From: an uncultured Chloroflexia bacterium
Lineage (GTDB): Bacteria; Chloroflexota; Anaerolineae; JAAYZQ01
Length of the DNA: 64,000 bases
Reading direction: 5' to 3'
NCBI GenBank assembly: GCA_963700285.1
Contig: CAVOXA010000005.1
Location: 128,001-192,000 of the forward strand
The position numbers and the translations under genes were made by a program. The notes under the pieces are model-generated. The model made no database searches, had not been told where the DNA came from, and saw only the letters and a program-made list of their open reading frames with translations. Below, piece after piece: positions 29,135 through 39,128 of this stretch (position 1 is the stretch's first letter; each line of letters opens with the position of its first letter).

Positions 29135-29196
29135 AGGCGCCCCGCCCGGCGCGGCCCCGCCCTGTTTGGACTTTTCCCCGAGGCGGTGCTTAGGCC

Positions 29197-30027
29197 GTGC
29201 AGCCCAGCCGGCCCCTGTCTGTGACCCCTTTGCGACCGGCAAGATTCCTCTTGCGACCCCCTACCAATGTGACCGTGCATTTCACCTGCTCTGATGCTCT
29301 GTCCGGCATTCCAGCTGGGGCCTGCCCCGCGGACCAGGTCTTGAGCGCTGAAGGTCTGGCAGTGTCTTCCACGGCGCAGACGGTGACGGATGCGGCTGGG
29401 AATACAAGTGATCCGAGCAACGTAGTCACAGTCAGTATCAACAAGACCAAGCCGAGCATCACTTGGAGCAGCGATAAGCCCGCTGACGGTGAGTCGTACT
29501 ACTTCGGCTTCGTTCCGCCAAAGCCAACCTGCACGGCGGCTGACGGCCTGTCCGGCCCCAATGGCTGCACCGTGACCGGGTATGGCACGACTGTGGGCAG
29601 CCACACCATGACTGCGACGGCCTACGATGTCGCCGGGAACAGCAAAGTTGAAACGCGCGCCTATACCGTCCTGGCCTGGACGCTCAATGGCTTCTTCCAG
29701 CCGGTAGATATGAACGGGGTCTGGAACGTAGTCAAGGGTGGTTCCACTGTTCCGCTCAAGTTCGAGGTGTTCGCAGGGTCGACGGAGCTGACCGATGTCT
29801 CTGTCGTCGACAAGTTCACTGTCAAGGGAGTCGCCTGCCCGACAACGGGGGCTATAACCGACGACATCGAGCTTGTGACGACCGGCGCTACGGTGCTCCG
29901 CTACGACTTCACCGCGGGACAGTTCATCCAGAACTGGCAGACGCCCAAGAAGTCCGGAGTTTGTTATCAGGTCACAATGACCACCGACGACGGCTCAACT
30001 CTAAGCGCCAACTTCAAGCTGAAGTAA
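29197..30027 (+). pseudogene. 5'-truncated secreted protein with Ig-like repeats and a C-terminal PxKF domain
   Basis: FTCSDALSG and DAAGN/DVAGN repeats, GFFQPVD...GGSTVPLKFEVF. Recognisable sequence starts abruptly near 29263, with no signal peptide or RBS. Confidence 0.7.
29220..29274. promoter_or_regulatory. Array of TG(T/C)GACC direct repeats, candidate OmpR-type operator
   Basis: Copies at 29220, 29231, 29252 and 29268; the first two are 11 bp apart. Confidence 0.4.
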
Positions 30028-30166
30028 GAGCGTCTGACGACATTCGCCGTACCGAGGGGCACCGGCCAATGGCCAGTGCCCCTTCCCATTTCTTGGCAGC
30101 CGGCCAGCGTCCGGCGCCGCTGAGAGGATGGGCGCCTGGGCTGCAGGTCGCGGAAGGTTCAGAGAC

Positions 30167-30226
30167 TGCGACCCACGACGGCGAATTGTCACCGGCTGAG
30201 ATTGCCTTTGTGACCCGTCTGTGACC
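30167..30226. promoter_or_regulatory. Second TG(T/C)(G/C)ACC direct-repeat array
   Basis: Copies at 30167, 30187, 30209 and 30220; spacings of 20, 22 and 11 bp. Confidence 0.4.
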
Positions 30227-30320
30227 GATTCCGCCCTTGTCCCAGCCATGGGCGCCCGCGGCCTGGCAACTCACCCTCCCGGCCAGAATTCCCTGCTCGC
30301 TCTTGACCTGCGACGGCGGC

Positions 30321-30570
30321 CTACGGCCGCACCGCGCGGGCGGCCAGCGGCAGGTACACCTCCCATCTGGGAATCAGGGAAACGCGGGCCAGCTTCTGCC
30401 GGCTGGGGTCGGTGGCCCACAGAACCTCCCGGCTCTCGGCCACACCATGCGGAGCGCCGACCGCCGGCAACTGGTAGATCAGCCAGCCACCGTCGTTCCT
30501 CACCGGGTTGGCCATACTGCCCGTCCAGGCCAGGACGCCAGCGCGGACGGTACCCTCTGCAGTCTGGACC
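30321..30570 (-). pseudogene. C-terminal fragment of a secreted protein (possible Vgb-like beta-propeller) ending in YLPLAAR
   Basis: GWLIYQLP...PHGVA....VLWATD..RQKLARV...EVYLPLAAR; no recognisable N-terminus. Confidence 0.5.
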
Positions 30571-30627
30571 GGGCCATCGCCGCCCCTGGCCTGGAGCATA
30601 GCGAAGGCACACCCGAGGCCCAAACCT

Positions 30628-31134
30628 ATGAGCAAACGCCGCTGCGCTGCCTCTACCAGCAAGGGCCAGTCCTGCTGCGCCTGGGCCGTCCACAATACGG
30701 AGCCCCCGCTGTGCAGTGCGCACGGCGGCGGTGAGCGCCCCGTCGGCGCACCCTCCGGCAACAACAACGCCGAGGTGCACGGCTTCTACTCCCAGCGAAG
30801 GCCGAGTCCGGGTGCCTCGATGGACTCAGACCCGGACACCAGCTCGCGCTTCTACTTGGTCGATCCCGACCTGGTCACCATCAACGACGCCGTTGCCGAC
30901 CTGACCGACAAGCCGCGCCGCCTGGACCGCCTCATGGCCCAGCAGGAGTGAAGCGGCAGCAACGGCCAGCTGGCCTACCTCCTTGCCATCTACACCCAGG
31001 CCTCCAGACGCCTGTCGCGCATGGTCCGCGACCGCCGCGCGCTGTCGGGAGAGGCCGCCGACGGCATCTCCGGCGCGCTGGCCATCGCCCTGGACGAGCT
31101 GGTCACGGAGCTGGGGCTGGCGCCCGAAGACTGA
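30628..31134 (+). pseudogene. HGGxSTG-like, phage terminase small-subunit-like gene interrupted by an in-frame TGA at 30949-30951
   Basis: RCAASTSKGQSC..WA.....LCSAHGG...GAPSGNNNAEVHGFYS. The frame continues with coding-like sequence for 60 codons after the TGA. Confidence 0.6.
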
Positions 31135-31137
31135 ACG

Positions 31138-31225
31138 GTGGACCCCAAGCGGCGCCTGATCTGCGCCCTGAAGAATGTGCTGGTCGACCCCCACCTCTTC
31201 TCCCGCCACGTCCTGAAGCGCCCCC
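31138..31225 (+). pseudogene. N-terminal stub of the next gene, possibly a terminase large subunit
   Basis: GTG start 3 nt after the previous stop. DPHLFSRHVLKRP is followed by an abrupt loss of coding character. Assignment is from position and recalled similarity only. Confidence 0.35.
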
Positions 31226-31544
31226 AGAGTTTCCCACCGCCCGATGCCCTTCTGACAGACTCAATCTCTGTCCTTGACGATTTCAGAACAAATGTTCTAT
31301 CGCACCTCCATCACAACAGAGACTGCGCGGGGTGGGACACGGGCAGGCTGGAACGACCCCCAGCCCTATGACAGCGACTGGGGTTGGTGGATCGAGCACC
31401 AGCTCGGCCGAACACTGGACCAACCTGCGGCAGCCTGCCGTCCAGACCGACTTTTCCCTTCGAAAACCGCCACCGGCTCCGCCGGGCCCTGACGATCAAT
31501 CCAACCTCGCCCCGGACACAACAGGTCAGCACACGTGCCTCGGG

Positions 31545-31572
31545 TTGACTTGTTCCCGATTCTGGCTAGAAT
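31545..31572 (+). promoter_or_regulatory. Sigma70-like promoter
   Basis: TTGACT-16 nt-TAGAAT. Confidence 0.5.
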
Positions 31573-31682
31573 ACATGCAGTCCTGATTGGCGAAGGGCTG
31601 GCCAGGTCCTGCGACGGGCGCGGGGCCGCAGCCCAGAGCCGTTTCCGTCGACCCCCAAAACCAGGTCCTGGAGGAGTAGCCG

Positions 31683-32937
31683 ATGTCGAATCGTTGGATG
31701 TGTTTCTCAGTCCTGTTCCTCGTTCTCTTGGTTATCGCGCCCGGGGGCGCGCTGGCCCAGCCCCCGCCCCCATCAGAATCTCCCCGAGGAGCTCCAGAAT
31801 CTGGCGCCCGCGGCCTGTGACCCCGACGGTACCCAGGCCAGCGGCGCCATCTACCGCATCTGCATGCCGCCCGGCGCCCTGTGGAACGGCGACCTGGTGG
31901 TCTATGCCCACGGCTACGTGTCGCCCACCGAGCCGGTAGGCATCCCCGAGGACCAGATGGTCCTGCCCGGCACCGGGCATCTCGTTGGCCGACGTTGTCA
32001 CCAGCCAGGGCTATGGCTTTGCCACGACCAGCTACAGCACCAACGGGCTGGCGGTGCGCCAGGGCCTGGCCGACCTGGTAGACGTGGTGGACATTTTTGC
32101 CAAGGCAAAGGGGACGCCTGGCAGGGTCTACCTGGTCGGCGTGTCCGAAGGGGGCTTATTACGACTCTGGCCGTGGAGGGTGAACCACAGGTCTTTGACG
32201 GCGGGTTGGCCCTGTGCGGGCCGTACGGTGATTTCGTCCACCAGGTCGACCACCTGGGTGATATGCGCGCCGTCTTTGACTACTTTTTTCCAGGCTTGAT
32301 ACAGGGTAGCGCGGTCGACATCCCCGCCTGGCTGGTGATGGGCTGGGAAGCCTACTATGAGACGACGGTACTGCCCGCACTCCAGGATCCGGCCAACGCT
32401 GGCAAGGTGAGCCAGTTGCTGCAGGTCACCCAAATGCCCTACGATCCCCTCCAGCCTGGCGCCAGGGAAGAGGCCATCTATGACGTGCTGAGCTACAACA
32501 TTGTGGGTACCAACGATGCCAGGGGCAAGCTGGGTGGCCAGCCCTTTGACAACGTGGATCGGGTCTATACCGGCTCGAGCGATGATGGCCGTCTGAACCG
32601 CCTGATCAAACGTTATGGCGCGGATGCAGCCGCCCTGGCCGAGATCGAGGCTGGCTACCAGACCAGCGGCGAGCTGGAGGCGCCGCTGGTCACGCTGCAT
32701 ACCACGGGTGACCACGTCGTATCCTACTGGCAGATGACCCGTTACCGGGCCAAGACCATCGGTGCCGACAACATTGCCTTGCATGAGGCAAGGACTGCGC
32801 CGCGCTATGGGCACTGCCAGTTCGAGGCGACCGAGGTGCTGGACGCCTTCAACCGCCTGGTTGCCATGGTCAACGATCCACCCCCGTACCGCCCGGTCCA
32901 GCGACTCTTCCTGCCGTTGGTTGCCCGCGCTGACTGA
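31683..32937 (+). pseudogene. Secreted alpha/beta hydrolase with three apparent frameshifts (pseudogene or sequencing indels)
   Basis: GGAGG RBS and signal peptide MSNRWMCF...ALA; WNGDLVVYAHG; GVSEGG nucleophile elbow in another frame; HTTGD, GHC and C-terminal LFLPLVAR. Shifts near 31780, 31978 and 32152. Confidence 0.75.
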
Positions 32938-33151
32938 TCTCAAAACGGAATGACCTGGCAGGTCTGAGGAACTCCCTCTGATAGGCAAGGATCTCTGACT
33001 TTTCGATGGAGGGAGGCAAAGAGAACAGCGGATGGGCGGATTAATGCTGCAGTGGGCAGCCAGATCCGAGAACTCTGCCCATCCGCTGTCTTGCCGATGG
33101 GCACAGGTCTCCAGCTGGTCAGATCGTTGGGTTGCTGCATAGTTGCCGTTG

Positions 33152-33180
33152 TTGACAATGTGCCTCAGACATGCTATACT
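33152..33180 (+). promoter_or_regulatory. Sigma70-like promoter about 250 nt upstream of the subtilase-like gene
   Basis: TTGACA-17 nt-TATACT with extended -10 TG. Confidence 0.75.
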
Positions 33181-33433
33181 GCACCCATCTCGCCCGTCGC
33201 CTGTAACTCGCCCGCAGGTGTTCTTTCCCTTACTGCTACCCAGTCGACTACCGGTCTTGTGTGGGCAAATTCTAGTCTGGTTGAACCAGGTTTGTTCCGG
33301 TTAGATCTGGTCAGGTCCGACCGGACCTGGCCAGGGTTGAGAAGGCTCGACAGTTTTCTCGTAGGCCCGATCCGGGACCCCTGAAGGTGGGGCCAGCGGA
33401 ACCTGGCCGGGTAGATGCGGGTCTGGAGGTACG

Positions 33434-34849
33434 ATGAGCGGTTTGAAACGAATACTCGCGGTTCTTGCTGCTGCTACGGTACTGGCCACTATGGCTGTGC
33501 CCGCCCTGGCCCAGACGCAGGGCGTTTCGTATCTGATCGTCGCCGAAGGGAACAATCTGCCGGTGGGCCTCGCCGGAGAGGTAGAGGCTGCTGGCGCAAC
33601 CATTGCCCGGACCATCTCGGAGATTGGGATCCTGGTGGCCGATTCGCCAGATCCTGACTTTGCCGCCGTGGTGTCCGACCTGCCTGGCGTCCGAGCCGTG
33701 GTCCCCAACGTAGGGCTGCAGTGGTTCATCCCCAGCTACCGGGAGGCGGTTACGGTCCAGACCTTGAACAATCCGGCCTGGGATGATGAGTTTTTTAGCG
33801 ATCTGCAGTGGGGGCACGACGCCGTGGACGCTTCCGATGCCTGGGAAAAGGGCCACCGGGGCGCTGGGGTACGCGTGGCCGTACTGGATACCGGCTTTGA
33901 CCTGGACCACGTGGACCTCTACCCCAACGTCAATTTTGCCCTGAGTGCGAATCTGACCGACGAAACACTGCTCTACGCCCAGCCTGACGTGTTCAGCCAC
34001 GGTACCCACGTGGCGGGCATTATTGCCGCTGCCGACAACGGCTTTGGCCTCCTGGGCGTAGCACCCGAGGCGGAGTTGGTCCTGACCAAGGTGGTCCGGG
34101 ATGATGGCAGCGGTCACTTTGCCTGGATCCTGGCGGGCATTGTCGAGGCTGTCCAGTCCGAGGCCGACATCGTGAACCTGAGCCTGGGGGTGGCCTTGGT
34201 CCGGCAGGGCTACCAGGACCCGGGTACGGGCCAGTGGGTGAGCGCCAATCAGGTCGCCGAGCTGGCCAATGCCATGAGCCGGGCGACGACCTACGCCTAC
34301 ATGCAGGGCACGACCGTCATCGCCGCGGCGGGTGACTATGCGCGGGACGGTGGTCCCGGGACCGACCCTGACGATGGGTTGATCCACCTGCCAGCAGAGG
34401 CCGGGGGTGTGCTGACGGTGGCGGCCACGACGCCCGTGGGTTGGGCGGCTGGTCCGCCCGACGCCGACCTGGACACGCCCACGCGCTACAGCAATTATGG
34501 TGACTCGTTCGTCGACCTGGCCGCCCCCGGCGGTGATGTGAGCTATGCAAGCGATGAGATGTGCGAAATGGGACCTGTCGTCCACGACTGTTTCGTTTTT
34601 GACTTGGTCCTGAGCACCGGCAGCGATCTGGAGCCGGGCTATGCCAGCTACTTTTGGACGGGGGGAACGGGCGTGGCGGCCGCCTATGCCTCAGGCGTAG
34701 CCGCCCTCATCATTGCCGCCCATGGCGGCGATCTGAAACCCTCCCTTGTCGAGGTCGCCCTGCGCCAGTCCTCTGACGACCTGGGCAAGCCCGGCCGGGA
34801 CGACTTTTATGGCTACGGCCGCGTAAACGCCGGCAACTATATGAAATAG
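33434..34849 (+). CDS. Secreted S8 subtilase homolog lacking the catalytic Ser
   Basis: Signal peptide, VAVLDTG and HGTHVAG are present, but AAAGD replaces AAAGN and GTGVAA replaces GTSMA. Confidence 0.88.
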   Translation: MSGLKRILAVLAAATVLATMAVPALAQTQGVSYLIVAEGNNLPVGLAGEVEAAGATIARTISEIGILVADSPDPDFAAVVSDLPGVRAVVPNVGLQWFIPSYREAVTVQTLNNPAWDDEFFSDLQWGHDAVDASDAWEKGHRGAGVRVAVLDTGFDLDHVDLYPNVNFALSANLTDETLLYAQPDVFSHGTHVAGIIAAADNGFGLLGVAPEAELVLTKVVRDDGSGHFAWILAGIVEAVQSEADIVNLSLGVALVRQGYQDPGTGQWVSANQVAELANAMSRATTYAYMQGTTVIAAAGDYARDGGPGTDPDDGLIHLPAEAGGVLTVAATTPVGWAAGPPDADLDTPTRYSNYGDSFVDLAAPGGDVSYASDEMCEMGPVVHDCFVFDLVLSTGSDLEPGYASYFWTGGTGVAAAYASGVAALIIAAHGGDLKPSLVEVALRQSSDDLGKPGRDDFYGYGRVNAGNYMK

Positions 34850-34889
34850 CACATCAGCAGGTAGCAATCGTGAAAACGGCTGGAGGATC

Positions 34890-35786
34890 GTGCCGAAACG
34901 ATCCGCAATAGTCCCAAGTGTGATATTCCTGCTGATGGCGACCCTCCTCTACCTGATGCTTCTAGTTGCGTGTGCCCAAACCCCACCGGCTGCGCCCGCC
35001 TACGGCCCAGGCGTGAGCCGGGCCCGCTCCACGGATGGCGCCGAGATGATCCACGTGCCAGCCGGCAAGTTCCTGATGGGCGGTACCGATGCTGACCCCA
35101 AGGCCGGAGACGACGAGATGCCCCAACACACCGTCTACGTGGATGCCTTCTGGATCGATCGGACTGAGCTCACCAACGCCCGGTACGTCCAGTTCTTGAA
35201 TACTCTGGGTGGACACCAGGGTCTATGTGGAGGGCGCGACTGCGCAGAGACACAGGTCGGCGAGGAGGACAGCCACATCTTTTTCCAGGGTGGACGCTAC
35301 CTGGTTGAGGGCGGCTTTGAGGATCACCCTGTGGCGGAAGTGACCTGGTACGGTGCTCATGCCTACTGCGAGTGGGCCGGCGCGAGGCTGCCGGCAGAGG
35401 CCGAGTGGGAAAAGGCCGCACGAGGCGTCGACGGGCGCCTTTATCCCTGGGGCAATGATGTCCCCGATTGCGGCAAAGCGCAATTCGGCGATTGCGGCGG
35501 GACGACGGTGCCCGCTGGTTCCATGCCTGCGGGCGCCAGCCCCTACGGCGTGCTGGACATGGCCGGCAACGTGTGGGAGTGGGTAGCCGACTGGTACGAC
35601 CCCGCCTACTATGCTTCGTCTCCGGCCCGGAATCCTCTGGGGCCGGAGACCGGCCTGCGCAAGGCATTTCGTGGCGGATCGTGGGGCTATCCAGCGGCAT
35701 TCATGCGGGTCAGCGACCGCGCTCGCAACCGCCCGACCTATGCCGGGTTCAACGTGGGCTTTCGCTGTGCAGTGCCTGTGAGGTAG
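34890..35786 (+). CDS. Formylglycine-generating enzyme (SUMF1) domain lipoprotein
   Basis: Lipobox LVAC; FLMG, RLPAEAEWEKAARG, YPWG, DMAGNVWEW, RGGSW and GFRC motifs. Confidence 0.9.
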   Translation: MPKRSAIVPSVIFLLMATLLYLMLLVACAQTPPAAPAYGPGVSRARSTDGAEMIHVPAGKFLMGGTDADPKAGDDEMPQHTVYVDAFWIDRTELTNARYVQFLNTLGGHQGLCGGRDCAETQVGEEDSHIFFQGGRYLVEGGFEDHPVAEVTWYGAHAYCEWAGARLPAEAEWEKAARGVDGRLYPWGNDVPDCGKAQFGDCGGTTVPAGSMPAGASPYGVLDMAGNVWEWVADWYDPAYYASSPARNPLGPETGLRKAFRGGSWGYPAAFMRVSDRARNRPTYAGFNVGFRCAVPVR

Positions 35787-35812
35787 CATTGCTGTGTCCT
35801 GGCTCTGGACTG

Positions 35813-37078
35813 TACGGCTGTTGCATTGTCCCTTGACATGCACTGCCAGTCAGATCTGTCATTGCGAGCGAGCGAGAAGCCGGGCTGGTGGCTCTGCTGC
35901 CGATCAAGCCCTTTTCGGTCCAGAAGGCCGCCCAGGCGTGGAAGATGGACCCGGCCGACGCCCAGCAGGTGCTGGACGAACTGGCCGGCAGGGCCATCCT
36001 GTTGGATGTCATGGACCCCCAGGGGCAGCAGCTCTACATGCTGCCTCCGCCGATGGCCGGCTTTTTCGAGTTCTCCATGATGCGGATTCGTGGGCGACGT
36101 CGACCAGAAGGTACTGGGCGAACTCTTCTACCAGTACATGAACGTGGAAGAAGAGTTCATCAAGGCGCTCTTCACCCACGGGGAAACCCAGCTCGGCCGG
36201 GTATTTGTCCAGGAAGCAGCGCTTTCCCACGACAACGCGCTGCACGTGCTGGATTACGAGCGGGCCAGCGAGGTGATCAAGACCGCCACCCACCGGGGCA
36301 TCAGCCTCTGCTACTGCCGCCACAAGATGGAGCACGTGGGCCGGGCCTGCGACGCGCCCATGGACATCTGCATGACCTTTGGCGGGGTGGCTGCTTCGCT
36401 GATCAGACACGACTTTGCCCGCGAGGTGGACGTGGCCGAAGGGCTGGACCTGCTCCAGCAGGCCCAGGACCACCACCTGGTTCAGTTCGGCGAGAACGTG
36501 CGCCACGAGGTGACCTTTATCTGCAACTGCTGTGGCTGCTGCTGTGAGGCGATGATCGCCGCCCGCCGGTTCGGCTGGCTGCACCCGGTCCACACCACCA
36601 ACTTTGTCCCTCGCATCCAGCTCGAGGCGTGCAACGGCTGTGGCAAGTGCGTCAACGTCTGCCCGGTGGAAGCGATGACGCTGGTCTCGGCCAACGACCC
36701 CCACCGCCCCAAGCGGCGCAAGGCCTGGTTGAACGAGGAGCTCTGTCTGGGCTGCGGCGTTTGCGTCAGCGTCTGCCCCAGCCAAGGCCTCCGGTTGGAA
36801 TCTCGGCCGGAGCGGGTCATCACACCGCTGGACTCGACGCACCGGACCGTGGTCATGGCCATCGAGCGCGGGATGCTCCAGGACCTGATCTTTGACAACC
36901 AGGCGCTGGCCAGCCACCGGGCCATGGCGGCCATTCTGGGCGTCATCCTCAAGCTGCCGCCCATCAAGCAGGCCTTGGCCAGCCAGCAGATGAAATCGCG
37001 CTGGCACAAGTGGAGATCGCTTTCCCTCCGGCTGGGACAGGTGCTGACGCTCGCGATGACGACTTTGCAACAGCCGTA
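35813..37078. mobile_element. Non-autonomous IS-like element carrying a captured gene fragment
   Basis: IRL TACGGCTGTTGCATTGTC and IRR GACTTTGCAACAGCCGTA match at 16 of 18 positions. Perfect flanking direct repeat CTCTGGACTG at 35803-35812 and 37079-37088. No transposase inside. Confidence 0.85.
35867..37001 (+). pseudogene. Internal fragment of a 4Fe-4S protein (family of 25117-26256), truncated at both ends, one frameshift near 36090
   Basis: Begins at SEREAGLVALLP with no N-terminal segment; CYCR, ICNCCGCCC, CNGCGKCVNVCP and CLGCGVCVSVCP motifs; runs into element sequence after QMKSR. Confidence 0.8.
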
Positions 37079-37166
37079 CTCTGGACTGGCAGGTCGTTTG
37101 ATGAGGAAGAGGATCGATGATATCACATCCCCCCGCTTAAACCTTTCATTCCCGTAGCAAGTCGCG

Positions 37167-37355
37167 ACGTGGTTTCACATGCCCCAGCCGGACATCAGCC
37201 GGGACGAGGGCTACTGGCAGCAGGGTGGCTGGCCCGAGCTGCTGAGCCGGTGCACGCCAGAAATCCTGACACCCGAGTTAGTCCGCCGCATCGTCACGCT
37301 CTGCGCGACCCATCCTCACTGGAAGCGGGAAGAAGTGTATCAACACCTGCAAGAT
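37167..37355 (+). pseudogene. Short gene relic, possibly an HTH segment of a transposase
   Basis: PQPDISRDEGYWQQGGWPELLS...LTPELVRRIV is coding-like but isolated. Assignment is from recalled similarity only. Confidence 0.3.
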
Positions 37356-37432
37356 CTCTTCTGTGGTATAATCCCCTTTGTCCCGCAGGCGCAGGTAGGC
37401 TGGAACACATTTGACAGAGGAGACAGAAACTC

Positions 37433-39061
37433 ATGCACGCACACGCGGATCGCGACGTGATCATTCACAACGGTACCATCTATGATGGCCATGGGGGCGC
37501 GCCTTTCACGGGCGACCTGGCCATTGACGGCGACACCATCGCCGCCGTCGGCTCCCTGGAAGGCGTCCGAGGCCGCATCGACATCGACGCGACCGGTCTT
37601 GCCATAGCTCCAGGATTTATCAACATGCTCAGTTGGTCCGTCGAGTCCCTTATCGAGGACGGGCGCTCCCAGAGCGAGATCCACCAGGGCGTGACCCTGG
37701 AGGTCATGGGAGAGGGAACCTCGGGCGGGCCGCTCAATGAGGAGATGAAGAGGCAAAACGCCGAGCGGCAGGGCAACATCCGCTACGACGTGGAATGGAC
37801 CACGCTGGGCGAGTACCTGGAGCATCTGGTCCGCCGCGGCGTTTCACCAAACGTCGCCTCTTTCGTGGGCGCGACCTCGGTGCGCATCCACGAAGTAGGC
37901 TATGCCGACCGGCCCCCGACGCCCGAGGAACTGGCCCGCATGCGCGAGCTGGTACAGGTTGCCATGACAGAGGGCGCGGTGGGCCTGTCGACGGCCCTGA
38001 TCTATTCCCCGGCCTGCTATGCCGCGACCGACGAGATCATCGCCCTGGCCCAGGTCGTAGCCGATCATGGCGGGTTGTACATCTCGCACATCCGCAACGA
38101 AGGGGTTCAGTTGCTGGAGGCCCTGGATGATTTTCTGTCTGTCCCGCGGGCTACCGGTGGCTCGGCCGAGGTCTATCACCTGAAGGTCTCCGGGCGGGAC
38201 AACTGGTACAAGCTGGACGACGCCATCGCCAAGATCGAGGCGGCGCGCGCCGAAGGGCTGGCCATCACCGCCGACATGTACACCTACCCCGCTTCTTCGA
38301 CGGGCCTCGCCGCCACCATGCCCCCCTGGGTGGAAGAGGGCGGCCACCGGGCCTGGATCGAGCGGCTGAAGGATCCGGCCGTACGCCAGCGGCTGCAGCG
38401 CGAGATGCTGACGAGCAGCGAGGAGTGGGATAGCACCTACCTGGCTGCCGGCGGGCCGCAGAACGTGGTACTCATTGGCTTCAAGACCGAGGCCCTCAGG
38501 CCCCTCACCGGCAGGACGCTGGCCGAGGTGGCCGCCATGCGCGGCACATCGGCGGAGGAAACCGTCATGGACCTCATCATCGAGGACGACAGCAACGTGG
38601 GCGCCGTCTACTTTTCCATGTCCGAGGACAATGTCCGGCGCCAGGTCGCGCTGCCCTGGGTCAGTTTCGGCTCTGACGGCGCCTCACAGGCGGCCGAGGG
38701 CGTGTTCCTGGAGCGCAGCACCCACCCACGAGCCTATGGCAACTTTGCCCGGCTTCTGGGCAAGTATGTCCGGGACGAGGGACTGGTCCCCCTGGAGGAG
38801 GCGGTCCGGCGGCTGACCTCCTTTCCGGCCCGGAACCTCAAACTGCAGCGCAGGGGCTCGCTCACGCCGGGATACTATGCCGACGTCGTCGTCTTTGACC
38901 CCGCGACCATCCAGGACCAGGCGACTTTCGAGAAGCCACACCAGTACGCCACGGGCATGGTCCACGTCTTTGTCAACGGCGGCCACGTGCTCAAGGATGG
39001 CGAGCATACCGGGGCCACACCGGGTAGGGTTGCGCGCGGACCGGGCTGGCGTCCCGGCTAG
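37433..39061 (+). CDS. N-acyl-D-amino-acid deacylase (D-aminoacylase) family amidohydrolase
   Basis: GTIYDG, APGFINMLSW, GLSTALIY, SHIR, YHLK, GSDG, HPRAYGNF and ADVVVFDP motifs. Confidence 0.9.
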   Translation: MHAHADRDVIIHNGTIYDGHGGAPFTGDLAIDGDTIAAVGSLEGVRGRIDIDATGLAIAPGFINMLSWSVESLIEDGRSQSEIHQGVTLEVMGEGTSGGPLNEEMKRQNAERQGNIRYDVEWTTLGEYLEHLVRRGVSPNVASFVGATSVRIHEVGYADRPPTPEELARMRELVQVAMTEGAVGLSTALIYSPACYAATDEIIALAQVVADHGGLYISHIRNEGVQLLEALDDFLSVPRATGGSAEVYHLKVSGRDNWYKLDDAIAKIEAARAEGLAITADMYTYPASSTGLAATMPPWVEEGGHRAWIERLKDPAVRQRLQREMLTSSEEWDSTYLAAGGPQNVVLIGFKTEALRPLTGRTLAEVAAMRGTSAEETVMDLIIEDDSNVGAVYFSMSEDNVRRQVALPWVSFGSDGASQAAEGVFLERSTHPRAYGNFARLLGKYVRDEGLVPLEEAVRRLTSFPARNLKLQRRGSLTPGYYADVVVFDPATIQDQATFEKPHQYATGMVHVFVNGGHVLKDGEHTGATPGRVARGPGWRPG

Positions 39062-39128
39062 GTGAGCAACCCAGGCCAGCGAGGCTGCGCCAGGCCGGTC
39101 AGGGCCCGCCGGACGCAGACCAGCCGTG

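Noticed and set aside
30949-30951. In-frame TGA as selenocysteine
   Set aside because: It is not in a Cys/redox motif, no convincing SECIS hairpin was seen, and the surrounding region is decayed; a nonsense mutation is simpler.
33025-33089. Long inverted repeat ACAGCGGATGGGC...GCCCATCCGCTGT as a riboswitch
   Set aside because: It lies upstream of the predicted promoter and after a stop codon, so it is better explained as a REP or terminator-like palindrome.
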